Shown in pieces: positions 48,854-58,161 of a stretch of 64,000 nt of DNA (its first letter is position 1; every line of letters starts with the position of its first letter). The translations under genes and the position numbers were made by a program. This stretch comes from Bdellovibrio sp. ZAP7 (GTDB lineage: Bacteria > Bdellovibrionota_B > Oligoflexia > Oligoflexales > RGVZ01). The stretch spans positions 10,702 through 74,701 of the forward strand of contig CAMDKS010000009.1 in NCBI GenBank assembly GCA_945900755.1, written 5' to 3'. The notes beneath the pieces are model-generated. The model was not told the DNA's origin. It did no database searches and saw only the letters and a program-made list of their open reading frames with translations.

Positions 48854-49062
48854 ATAAATCAACCTATATCAACAGAGTGATTCTCTAGCACAAGGAAATT
48901 CTGAGTTGCTGTCGCCACGTGACGCAGCGCAGCGAAACCAATGGGGCTCCCAGCATAATGTCTGCTTCAGGTGCTATGAATTCTGTTGACTGATTATATA
49001 AAAAATGGCGTAATTTTTATTGAGCGGATTTCCTAATTATTTAATATAACAGGGTAATAAAT

Positions 49063-50019
49063 ATGAAGAGTTATCTGTTTTTAGTTCTAGACATTTTCTT
49101 TGCTTTGCTTGCGATCCCTGGGGCTTGGTTTTTTTGGGCCATTCGACGCTTGGGATTTATACGTCTACCATATACAAAAAAAATATTGCTGATGGTTGGT
49201 GTAGTTCCAATTCGTAGGCACTATTACGAGCCGCTATTTCATCCTGGGGATCTTCATAGTCAGCTGGATCGGCCTCGCAAGTTGTATATAAATTGGAATG
49301 ATGACCTGCAGTTAGATCTCCTCAGCATGTTTAAGTACCAGGAAGAAATCATTGAAATTTATCGTCAAAAAAAATCTAAGTATGAGTTTAGCTTTGAAAA
49401 CAATTCGTTTGGACCTGGAGATGCCGATTACTTCTATTCATTTATCCGACAGAAAAAACCACGAAAAATAATTGAAATTGGCTCTGGGAATTCGACACTG
49501 CTGGCAAGACTTGCAATAGCTAAAAACAAAGCCGAAGATCCACTCTACTGCTGCCGTCATGTTTGTATCGAGCCATATGAGTTTAAGTGGCTTGAGACTT
49601 TGCCAGACATTGAAGTTATTCGAACACGTGTTGAACTTGTTGACAAAGAAATTTTTGGAGGGCTTGCAAGCGGCGATTTGCTTTTTATCGATTCATCGCA
49701 CATAATACGGCCCCAAGGGGATGTGCTATCTGAAATATTGGAGATATTGCCTGCACTGAGTCCTGGCGTTTACATACATTTTCACGACGTATTTTCACCA
49801 TCTGATTATCCAGAAGAATGGGTGCTTGGCTGCTTATGGTATTGGAATGAACAATATTTGCTTGAAGCACTCCTTACTGGGTCGAATATGTTTCAAGTAG
49901 TCGGCGCACTGAATTACCTTAAGGCAAAATATCCTAGTGAATTGTCAAGGTCACTTCCTGTATTCGCGTTAAATCAGAGCAAGTGCAGCCTGGGATCGTT
50001 TTATATCCAGCGCATTTAA
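49063..50019 (+). CDS. class I SAM-dependent methyltransferase (Methyltransf_24-like)
   Basis: IIEIGSGNSTLLARLA (motif I), LLFIDSSH. N-terminal TM anchor. Confidence 0.7.
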   Translation: MKSYLFLVLDIFFALLAIPGAWFFWAIRRLGFIRLPYTKKILLMVGVVPIRRHYYEPLFHPGDLHSQLDRPRKLYINWNDDLQLDLLSMFKYQEEIIEIYRQKKSKYEFSFENNSFGPGDADYFYSFIRQKKPRKIIEIGSGNSTLLARLAIAKNKAEDPLYCCRHVCIEPYEFKWLETLPDIEVIRTRVELVDKEIFGGLASGDLLFIDSSHIIRPQGDVLSEILEILPALSPGVYIHFHDVFSPSDYPEEWVLGCLWYWNEQYLLEALLTGSNMFQVVGALNYLKAKYPSELSRSLPVFALNQSKCSLGSFYIQRI

Positions 50020-50102
50020 AGTCTGAATCGTTGCGGTTAAGTTTAATGCCATTTATTTTTTCGAATTTTTATTTGAACTTCAATAGCTTAACGGAGTATC
50101 CA

Positions 50103-51071
50103 ATGACTTTGCGATTCAGCGTTTGCATCCCCACATACAGGCGAGCTAACTCATTGCGTGATTTGCTTAATTCTCTGAGTGCTCAGGATTGGCTGCCTTC
50201 GATCGATCAATTTGAAGTCGTTATTGCTGATAATGATCAACTTCAATCTGCACGATCTACTGTCGCTTCATGGGCTTCTGAAAACCCCACGTTTGAAGTG
50301 AAGTACATTTGTATTGCAAGTAAAGGTCTCAGTTTTGTTCGAAATGGTTTACTTGCTGCTGCAAGATATGAAAATTTAATTTTTTTGGACGACGATCAAC
50401 TTGTCACAAATCGTTTTTTTAAAACGGTTTGTGATTCATGGGCAAAGGCTGACGTCAAAATTGCTGCGGGCCAATTTGAGCTGAAATGTGATTTTGCCCC
50501 TAAGATTCCACCCACGATTATGCAGCTGGTTAGATCTTTAATTGAAGCGGACTTGCCAGAAAGCATGAGTGAGGTTGAATATATGGCTACCGGTGGTGCA
50601 ATTATTCGGAGATCGGCAATTGAACTGAATGGATCTCGATTTAGTCAGAGACTAAATGCTATCGGTGGCGAGGACAGCCAATTTTTTTATGAACTTAGAA
50701 AAGTGGGACCGTTAGTTAGCCTTAAAGGCGTCATAGTCTTCGAGCGTATTGACCTAGATCGAAGTACTCTTATGTATTGGTTTTTTAGTTCACTTCATAA
50801 GGGCTCGCTGTTTACGTTTGTACTTCGTATGCAGCGTCGATACTCCAAACTCCTTTTACACTTAGCTTGTTCCCCAGTATGGTTTGTTTTGATTCTGACG
50901 TGTCTCCCCGCACTTTTTGTTTTTCATAGAGCGCTTTATCGTGTATATCTCTGCCGATTGGCACGCCAACTCGGAAAATTAATTGGCTGGAGTGGCTATG
51001 TGCCAAAAGTATATTTGAAAGGCCGCACAAGCTTGATAAAAAGCCACTCGGATCAAACAGATCAGAATTAA
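50103..51071 (+). CDS. glycosyltransferase family 2
   Basis: FSVCIPTYRRANSL, VIADND, FLDDDQ (DxD). C-terminal TM helices. Start moved to ATG 50103. Confidence 0.85.
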   Translation: MTLRFSVCIPTYRRANSLRDLLNSLSAQDWLPSIDQFEVVIADNDQLQSARSTVASWASENPTFEVKYICIASKGLSFVRNGLLAAARYENLIFLDDDQLVTNRFFKTVCDSWAKADVKIAAGQFELKCDFAPKIPPTIMQLVRSLIEADLPESMSEVEYMATGGAIIRRSAIELNGSRFSQRLNAIGGEDSQFFYELRKVGPLVSLKGVIVFERIDLDRSTLMYWFFSSLHKGSLFTFVLRMQRRYSKLLLHLACSPVWFVLILTCLPALFVFHRALYRVYLCRLARQLGKLIGWSGYVPKVYLKGRTSLIKSHSDQTDQN

Positions 51072-51140
51072 TTTGACTCAAAGCCTTTGGGAGATTTGTC
51101 CAATAGACATGCCATGGATTTATGCAATATTCCTTTATTA

Positions 51141-51944
51141 TCACGAATCGATGAATGTTCTCCGATAAATAATACCGGGATGAATCGCTCTCCATATTTT
51201 GCCAAGAACATTTTTGAATGATTTGCCATCCAAGGAGTTTTCATATTTTTGAAATGCTTGCAATTTTAAGTGACGATCTGGAGAAGTAGACATGCTAGAT
51301 TTCGGCTGAGAGCGCAGAATGCCTTGTAGCCGAGAGCTATTGACAGAGCGTTGTGCCTCGGTAGAGAAATTCGGCTTTCTTGCAATCATAGCGCTGTCTT
51401 TCCACTCAGAGCCCTCGACATATTTTCCTGGGCGCGCAGTCTCATCGTATGATTCCATAAGCTCTAAACCAGAATATGCGCAAAGAACTGACCAAGCATC
51501 AGGATAAAATCTCCAGCAGTCAATAGGGTAACGGTGAACTACGCCGGCCCCTGGCGCGACGATAAAAACGTATCCACCTTCTTTTAGCACCCTCGCAATA
51601 TCAGCCATTGTCACCCAAAAAAAAGGGTTATGCTCAAATGTTTGACTCGAAATCACGATGTCATAGGAATTGTCCGGAATTTCCTCCCAACTAAAAGGAT
51701 TTGTCGGAACCAAATCCACATTCTGACCTGCTTCGATGTCAAGTCCTACGTATTCCCATGAGCTAGGAATCAAATCTCGATTGCTTCTTTGCCCCTCGTA
51801 ACTTTTAGACCCGACTTCCAGTATTTTCAACCCAGATTTGCCGGAAAAATAATGTTCGATAAAAAACTTACACTTTAAATATGACGATAAGTGCATAGAT
51901 CTCCTGTTTCGATCAGATCTGCGAGCCAACGGAGTGATAGACAA
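51141..51944 (-). CDS. class I SAM-dependent methyltransferase
   Basis: ILEVGSKS (motif I), YDIVISSQTFEH, GGYVFIVAP. Confidence 0.8.
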   Translation of the reverse strand: MSITPLARRSDRNRRSMHLSSYLKCKFFIEHYFSGKSGLKILEVGSKSYEGQRSNRDLIPSSWEYVGLDIEAGQNVDLVPTNPFSWEEIPDNSYDIVISSQTFEHNPFFWVTMADIARVLKEGGYVFIVAPGAGVVHRYPIDCWRFYPDAWSVLCAYSGLELMESYDETARPGKYVEGSEWKDSAMIARKPNFSTEAQRSVNSSRLQGILRSQPKSSMSTSPDRHLKLQAFQKYENSLDGKSFKNVLGKIWRAIHPGIIYRRTFIDS

Positions 51945-52145
51945 AGTAGACTAGCGAATGATGTTGCTTCATGATAACATCTAGAAAAGTTTGATGTCAA
52001 ACTTCAATGTTTTAGTCATCGTACAATTAGTGTGGGGTGTGATTTAGAAATTCGCCTGTTGCATTTCCGCTCCATACAAGCGCAAGAGATTATGCCTTCC
52101 ATCTAGTCATATATTTTTATTGGTGCAAATTTATAGGGATAACTG

Positions 52146-52835
52146 ATGAACCAAAGGCCTCACCTAGATCAATATCGTTCCGGCGTTGGCGTTCATGATA
52201 AATCTGGCAATTCAAATTATTATTCTATGCAGCGCCCAGAAATTGCCAAATTGCTTCCAAGGCCTGTGAATCGAATTTTGGATGTAGGTTGCGGCGAGGG
52301 GGTCTTTGCCAAATTCCTAAAAGATCAAGGCTTAGCTCAAGAAGTTTGGGGCGTAGAACTCAATGAAGGCTTAAGCCTTGTAGCGGCACAGCACCTGGAT
52401 AAGGTTTTGATTGGAGATATATCTGCTATCATCTCAGATTTGCCCGCGGAGTTTTTTGATGTCGTATTTTTTAATGACTCTCTGGAGCATATGGTAGACC
52501 CATTCTCAGTTTTAAATTCCATAAGAGCAAAGATTTCCAGAAATGGATATGTGATCGGCTCGTTACCAAATATCGGTTATATTCGACAAGTTTATGAGCT
52601 TATCATCCAAAAGGATTGGAGGTATTGTGACCAAGGGATAATGGACAGAACCCATTTGCGTTTTTTTACGCTAAAGAGCATGAAAAGGATGTTTAGCGAA
52701 ACAAACTTCACAGCCGAAACCGTGGTTGGGATTGCACCTATAAGAAGAGTTCTGTTTGTTTTATTTAAATACTTGTCGTTTGGATGGCTGACGGACTCTC
52801 TTTATCGTCAATATATTTGGCGCCTTCGGCTGTAA
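52146..52835 (+). CDS. class I SAM-dependent methyltransferase
   Basis: ILDVGCGEGVF (motif I), FDVVFFNDSLEHM, NGYVIGSLPN. Confidence 0.85.
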   Translation: MNQRPHLDQYRSGVGVHDKSGNSNYYSMQRPEIAKLLPRPVNRILDVGCGEGVFAKFLKDQGLAQEVWGVELNEGLSLVAAQHLDKVLIGDISAIISDLPAEFFDVVFFNDSLEHMVDPFSVLNSIRAKISRNGYVIGSLPNIGYIRQVYELIIQKDWRYCDQGIMDRTHLRFFTLKSMKRMFSETNFTAETVVGIAPIRRVLFVLFKYLSFGWLTDSLYRQYIWRLRL

Positions 52836-52939
52836 CGGGTATCAGAATTCATTTAATATTGAGCTTTGGATTCTAGAAATATCCGTGTGTTTATATTCCC
52901 TATTTCTCAATTTTTTTACACCACAAAAAAGAGAACGTC

Positions 52940-53944
52940 GTGATTAAAATATCCGTGATTATTGTGTCATACAAGGCAAAAGATCTAATCGTACGTTGCG
53001 TGTCTTCGATATTGGCTCAGTTAACAGGTCTCGATGCAGAAGTGATTGTCGTAGACAATAATTCCCAAGATGGGGCAATGGCATACCTTCAACAGGTCTT
53101 TCCTGCTGTAAAGACCATTTCATCACTTGAGAATGTCGGGTTTGGCGCCGCATGCAACATAGGCTTTGATATTTCGCTAGGGCAGCGGATTTTGTTTTTG
53201 AATTCTGATGCCTCCCTAGAGCGAAAGTCTATCGATATCCTGCTTGAAAACGCTAGTGCGAACGTAAATGTGGGAATTTATGGTCCAAAGATTGTGGACG
53301 AGCACGGGCACGTTACCCCTAGCTGTTTTCGGTTCAAGAGAATCTTTCGTGATGCATGTACTCAATTTGGATTCGCGTGGACAGGAATCAATAAATATTC
53401 GCAATTGGATTTGGCCCAAAGCGCTATTGTTGATTGGCTAAGTGGGTGCTGCATGCTTGTGGATCGCAATGCATTTGTCCAAGTAGGCGGCTTTGACGAG
53501 AAATTTTTTTTGTATTCAGAAGAAACTGATTTGTCATTTCGAATGATGAAATTAGGCTGGGTTTCGATGTACGTGCCTGCGGCCATGTGTCAACACATAG
53601 GTGGTGGGAGTACTAAGTTTGGTAATGACATTCGGCACGGATATATGATGAGAAGCGAGCTCTATTTCTTTAGAAAGAGTTTCGGGAAACGTTCTTATTA
53701 TGCGGCAATTATTTTTCGTTTTTTCAGCGGTTTTTTAAAGCTCATGCCATTTGCTCTTTTAAATATGGTTTCCTGTGGGAAGATTGATTTTCTTTCTTAC
53801 CGCTTCGCGCGCTCGTTAGCGGATATCAAATATTCGATTTTTCCCATCGACGACCCGAGAGGAGTGAACATCCCTCCCAAGCCAGGTTCCCTATTAGTTG
53901 GAACGAATGCCCGCTGTCCCAGCAAATCAATTGCGCTGACGTGA
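52940..53944 (+). CDS. glycosyltransferase family 2 (rhamnosyltransferase-like)
   Basis: GTG start. ISVIIVSYKAKD, VVDNNSQDG, FLNSDA, YSEETDLSFR. Confidence 0.88.
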   Translation: MIKISVIIVSYKAKDLIVRCVSSILAQLTGLDAEVIVVDNNSQDGAMAYLQQVFPAVKTISSLENVGFGAACNIGFDISLGQRILFLNSDASLERKSIDILLENASANVNVGIYGPKIVDEHGHVTPSCFRFKRIFRDACTQFGFAWTGINKYSQLDLAQSAIVDWLSGCCMLVDRNAFVQVGGFDEKFFLYSEETDLSFRMMKLGWVSMYVPAAMCQHIGGGSTKFGNDIRHGYMMRSELYFFRKSFGKRSYYAAIIFRFFSGFLKLMPFALLNMVSCGKIDFLSYRFARSLADIKYSIFPIDDPRGVNIPPKPGSLLVGTNARCPSKSIALT

Positions 53945-54246
53945 GCATTTAAGATTGAGTATTTAACCAATGCTAACGGCTGTTACCGTAAATCATCCTT
54001 GTGTTACGCCAGCTTCTTCGCAAATACGATCCGAGATTATTTCGCTATTTTAGACGACACACTGTCACATAACAGGAATCAACGGTAAAATGCCAACTCA
54101 AGTCCTACACTGAACAAATGGACAGACTCTGAGTCTCTCAATTCGAGACTCCAAGACGCCGGAAGTGGACCGTCTTATCACCAGTTTTAAACGGACAGCA
54201 TAATAAAGCGGTAGCACACCGTTTTTTGTCAACAGCCTCAAAAATA

Positions 54247-55839
54247 TTAGGTGCCGTTTCGTAAGCAATACTTGCTAGGAACCTCTGCAACATCCGTCTT
54301 ATCAAAATTGCGCATTTGAACAAGTTTAGTCGACCAGCCTAAGAACTTTCCGGCAGCACCGTTTACCTTAATACGGAAAAACTGGTCTCCAGTTCCGTTA
54401 GGACCAGAATCAAACCAGGCCCCATCAAACGAGTGAGACGTCTCATTACGAATCTGACGCTGTTCAATCGGCTCCCATACCACCCGATCATCTGGCGAGG
54501 GGCATCGCACCAATCGCTCGAGCTCTACTCGACGAGCCGCCGCTTGAAAGCTCGCCGTCAATTTGAACGAATGTCCTGCGACGACCGGTGAGTCTGGATT
54601 CAGGGTCAATGTAGTCGTTGCGAGAATTCCATCGCTCCCAGTAAGGTAGGGCGTAATGATGGTCTCGTCGTAGTCTGGAATATCTCCCCAGCGATATGTT
54701 TCTGCTGGCTGCGTCCTAAAGACAATGCCCCCAGTTCCCCCGACCGTTTGGCAAGCCTGCCTAAGTGCGCTATCACCGTGAGCTATCACACCGCAGATAT
54801 CGCTGATGGCAGCGCCCAGAAGACGCAGTTGATAATCCGTCATCCACATTGGATTGGCAAATTTTCTGTGTCCCTCACTATAGCGCCCACTTGATCCAAC
54901 CAACATAATGACCACTCTATCCTTGACGATTTCGGCCTTGCCATCAACATCAAGCAGGGCAACCGACTCATCTTGATGAAAGAATTGCAAAACTCCGGGA
55001 ACCGACCCGTCACTAGCTGGCACAATATAATGAGCTGTCAAGGGATTCGCTTCATCCAATTTGCTTCCTTGCATCTGGATGCATGTCGACAGCGTGAATG
55101 GACAATGCACGACCTCAATATGGGTTGGAACATTTTCCACCTTAGAAGGATTTTCACGCATTAGAGAAAACAGATACGCTGACCGAATATCCGCATGATA
55201 CATGTCCAAGGTTAAATCTTGCTTTATATTCTCAGGAAAATCCGCGTCGCTAAGAGCTCTTGACTCCGCTTCCAACCTAGCGACAATTCCTTCGGAATTC
55301 TGCACTGAAAACCCTTGATTTAGAGTCGTCATAATTTCACGAGCGAAAACCGCCAACAAATTACGAGAGGCATTTTTACCCATGTGAATAGACGCTATTT
55401 TCCAAATCCAGCGCATTTTTTCTTCTGCAGTAACAAAGCCCCCGATGCTTGGTCCATCGGATAGCTGCGCTTTCAAAAGGCGCCCATATGCCTGAATTTG
55501 AGCTTGGAGCTCTACGCTATCTGTCACGGAAATCCCAAGCTCAGTCAAAGAAAATCCAAAAACACTTTCACCTTTGATCAAAGTTACAGGCACAGTCAAA
55601 CCGTCAAAAGAATAGCTACTAGAACTTCGTTCTGCCCTCAGGCCGCTTTCCACATATCCAGCAGCCATCATCACGCGAACCGGAACCCCATTTGCAGCCG
55701 CAGAATCAATGAATGCCTGTTCAATCACAGTCCGAGTGACGCTATTGGTTGACTCTTGACGGCGGCTGCCGCAGCCCCAAGACGTAGACAAAACAGCCAA
55801 AGTATACGCAAAAATTATTGTGTTTTTTTTGGATCGCAT
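54247..55839 (-). CDS. orphan lipoprotein (530 aa)
   Basis: Start set at ATG 55839 behind GGAGGG. MRSKKNTIIFAYTLAVLSTSWGC has a lipobox. Weak SLT-like stretch GVPVRVMMAAGYVESGL. Confidence 0.6.
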   Translation of the reverse strand: MRSKKNTIIFAYTLAVLSTSWGCGSRRQESTNSVTRTVIEQAFIDSAAANGVPVRVMMAAGYVESGLRAERSSSSYSFDGLTVPVTLIKGESVFGFSLTELGISVTDSVELQAQIQAYGRLLKAQLSDGPSIGGFVTAEEKMRWIWKIASIHMGKNASRNLLAVFAREIMTTLNQGFSVQNSEGIVARLEAESRALSDADFPENIKQDLTLDMYHADIRSAYLFSLMRENPSKVENVPTHIEVVHCPFTLSTCIQMQGSKLDEANPLTAHYIVPASDGSVPGVLQFFHQDESVALLDVDGKAEIVKDRVVIMLVGSSGRYSEGHRKFANPMWMTDYQLRLLGAAISDICGVIAHGDSALRQACQTVGGTGGIVFRTQPAETYRWGDIPDYDETIITPYLTGSDGILATTTLTLNPDSPVVAGHSFKLTASFQAAARRVELERLVRCPSPDDRVVWEPIEQRQIRNETSHSFDGAWFDSGPNGTGDQFFRIKVNGAAGKFLGWSTKLVQMRNFDKTDVAEVPSKYCLRNGT

Positions 55840-56231
55840 GTTTAACCCTCCAATGAGTTGATCGCCTGCTAATGTTTCAATGCGCAATTATAGAATGCCA
55901 CTTATTGAACGCTCTTACCTTCAATAATAACGGTTTACGTATCAATTTGCTAACTTTATCCGTTACATAATTTTGACGATTTCTCTAAATTTGGAACAAA
56001 AAGATCGCCGGCAGCGCGGTTTTGCGTGTTGCTGATGATCTCCTTCACACTCAAAGCCCCGTAAATTTTGGGTAATTCCTGTATTCTTAAAATAAGTACA
56101 AAATAAACACGTGTCAATAAATTGGCACCAATATGTTAGGCTCGCCTCCTTTTACAAATGGCCCCAGAAAGCGCTATACTAATTATGTAATCAGAAAATT
56201 TTTTGTTTATTTCTGCATGCGAAAGAGCATC

Positions 56232-57275
56232 ATGAGTGTTTCACCTAAACAATCAAAGATATTGCGGAAAACGGCGCTTGTCGTTGGCGCAGAATCAAAT
56301 TTGTATTTGATTCTCAAAAACTTGGTCAAGGCCCATGACTGGGCCATCGACATGCCGCCATGTGATGCGGAATCTGCCGTAAACTTCCTTCATGAATATA
56401 ACGCTTCTGCTCTAATCATATTGGATTCCAGCGCAAAGCCAGCTATCGAGTCTATGAGGATTCTTCGCAGAGACCTCCGAGCAATCGTGACACCAACGCT
56501 GTTTGTCCTTGGAGACGTCAGCGCGATTGAACGCGAGCAATACTCAAAAATGTATATGGCGCAAGTAATCGCCAAGCCAATAACTACGAGCGCCTTTGCC
56601 CCTCTATTTAGAAAAATGATTCAATCTTGGCAACCACCAGCGTTACGCGCATTGCAGCATTGTGTTTTTGGACTTACCGAGGAAAATTCCGACAGCAAGA
56701 TTGCTGTTTTGAAACAGCTACTTCTAGCTCCAGAGACGTCTGACCTTGCAGCTGCAGTGCTTGTACAGCTACATATCCGCAAAGGAGAGTATTCCCAGGC
56801 CGAATCTATGCTTATCAGCTTGCTAAAGAAGAATCCCAAAAACTCTGCTATACTGGCTAATTGCGCTTGGTTTTATATGGACGCAAAAATGCCTCTACAA
56901 GCCTTACTTTTTCTAAAGAAATTGAAGAGCTATGCACCTAGTTCCACTCTCATTAATTTAGATATTGTCGGAGCTAGCCTTGCCGCAACTCAATATGATG
57001 ACGCTCTGAATGCTATGTCAGAGTGGAACAAGTCTAACCCAGGAAACGACGAGACAACCAATTTCCTCGCTAGGTTAGTATTGGCCAACGGCCGGCAAAA
57101 CGATCTTGCGGGTATAGGCGTTAGCCCCACACTTGTTCGCAGAGTAGCCGATCAATGGCAATTGGCATCAGGTTCCACGGTCGCCCCTCCTCTTACCCCC
57201 CTTCCAGCAGTGAACAATGCAAAAATGCTTCCTAACAAGTCAAAAGCTCCGCCACTAAGAAAAAGTGCCTCATGA
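56232..57275 (+). CDS. receiver-like N-terminal domain plus TPR-repeat protein
   Basis: ALVVGAES..ALIILDSS..LFVLGD..VIAKP follows the REC beta-alpha pattern, but the acidic pair is replaced. The C-terminal half has TPR-like helical repeats. Start is uncertain (56133, 56217 or 56232). Confidence 0.6.
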   Translation: MSVSPKQSKILRKTALVVGAESNLYLILKNLVKAHDWAIDMPPCDAESAVNFLHEYNASALIILDSSAKPAIESMRILRRDLRAIVTPTLFVLGDVSAIEREQYSKMYMAQVIAKPITTSAFAPLFRKMIQSWQPPALRALQHCVFGLTEENSDSKIAVLKQLLLAPETSDLAAAVLVQLHIRKGEYSQAESMLISLLKKNPKNSAILANCAWFYMDAKMPLQALLFLKKLKSYAPSSTLINLDIVGASLAATQYDDALNAMSEWNKSNPGNDETTNFLARLVLANGRQNDLAGIGVSPTLVRRVADQWQLASGSTVAPPLTPLPAVNNAKMLPNKSKAPPLRKSAS

Positions 57276-58144
57276 CTAGTGCCACTACTGACATCTCCAT
57301 CATTGGCAAATTATTTGCACGCACCGCTATCGGAAAAGAAATGCATTTGCCGCAATGGAATCAGATGATTAATGATGTCCTCAGTCTTGCAAATTCCGCA
57401 AATGCGTTAATGTGTGTCTATGCCCGCAATGGAGCAGGCAAAACCACTTTTCTTCAAATGCTGCAGGAAAACACCCGCTCATCGATGGATACAGTCCTTA
57501 TTGTCCCCGCGTCGCCAACCACAGGTTCGGGATGGCTACTAGAGGCACTTCTGCCGTGGCTATCAAGCTCCGCACGTGAACCCGGTTCCGCTCAAAAGCA
57601 GCTGGCTGCACTTTCAGAATCCTCGCGCCCAATCTTGCTTTGCATTGATTCGGGCGAGGCTATTCTCGATGGTCATTTGGCGGGCGATGTTGCGGCCATG
57701 TTAAACCTTGCAGACTCATGCGCGCTAAAATTGTCTATCCTCATTTGCTCGACCGAGGCGAAGGCTGCTGTCCTTTCCTCTGATGGGGGCACAGCCTCGA
57801 GAATGATTTATAAGAAGGAATTACCCCATTTTTCCCAAGATCAAATCTACGAATTCATTGCAAACAAATTAAACCAAATGGGCTACACCGTCGACGGCTT
57901 CACCGCTAGTAGCCGAAGTGAGCTTGCTAAGGCCGCACAAGGCTCTCCGACGATGGCACTGAAAATTTTCTCTGCACATCTTGGCCACACCTTACCAGCA
58001 ATTGAAAAATCGGCGACGGCAGAGTCATTTTCGGTGTCGAATGGCAGCCCGAACAAAAAATCCAGCAGCATTAAGAAAGAGTCAAAATCTGATTCCGCAA
58101 AAACATCCCGAATAGAGGATCTTCTAGCACCAAGTAAGACATAG
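57272..58144 (+). CDS. ExeA/GspA-like AAA ATPase (Walker B Glu absent)
   Basis: Walker A ARNGAGKTTFLQML, Walker B-like ILLCIDSGE. ATGA overlap with the upstream gene. Confidence 0.65.
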   Translation: MTSATTDISIIGKLFARTAIGKEMHLPQWNQMINDVLSLANSANALMCVYARNGAGKTTFLQMLQENTRSSMDTVLIVPASPTTGSGWLLEALLPWLSSSAREPGSAQKQLAALSESSRPILLCIDSGEAILDGHLAGDVAAMLNLADSCALKLSILICSTEAKAAVLSSDGGTASRMIYKKELPHFSQDQIYEFIANKLNQMGYTVDGFTASSRSELAKAAQGSPTMALKIFSAHLGHTLPAIEKSATAESFSVSNGSPNKKSSSIKKESKSDSAKTSRIEDLLAPSKT

Positions 58145-58161
58145 TGGGACGCAGCGATTGA

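Noticed and set aside
56121-56136. TTGGCACCAATATGTTA upstream of the TPR gene as a sigma-54 promoter
   Set aside because: It lacks the conserved GC of the -12 element.
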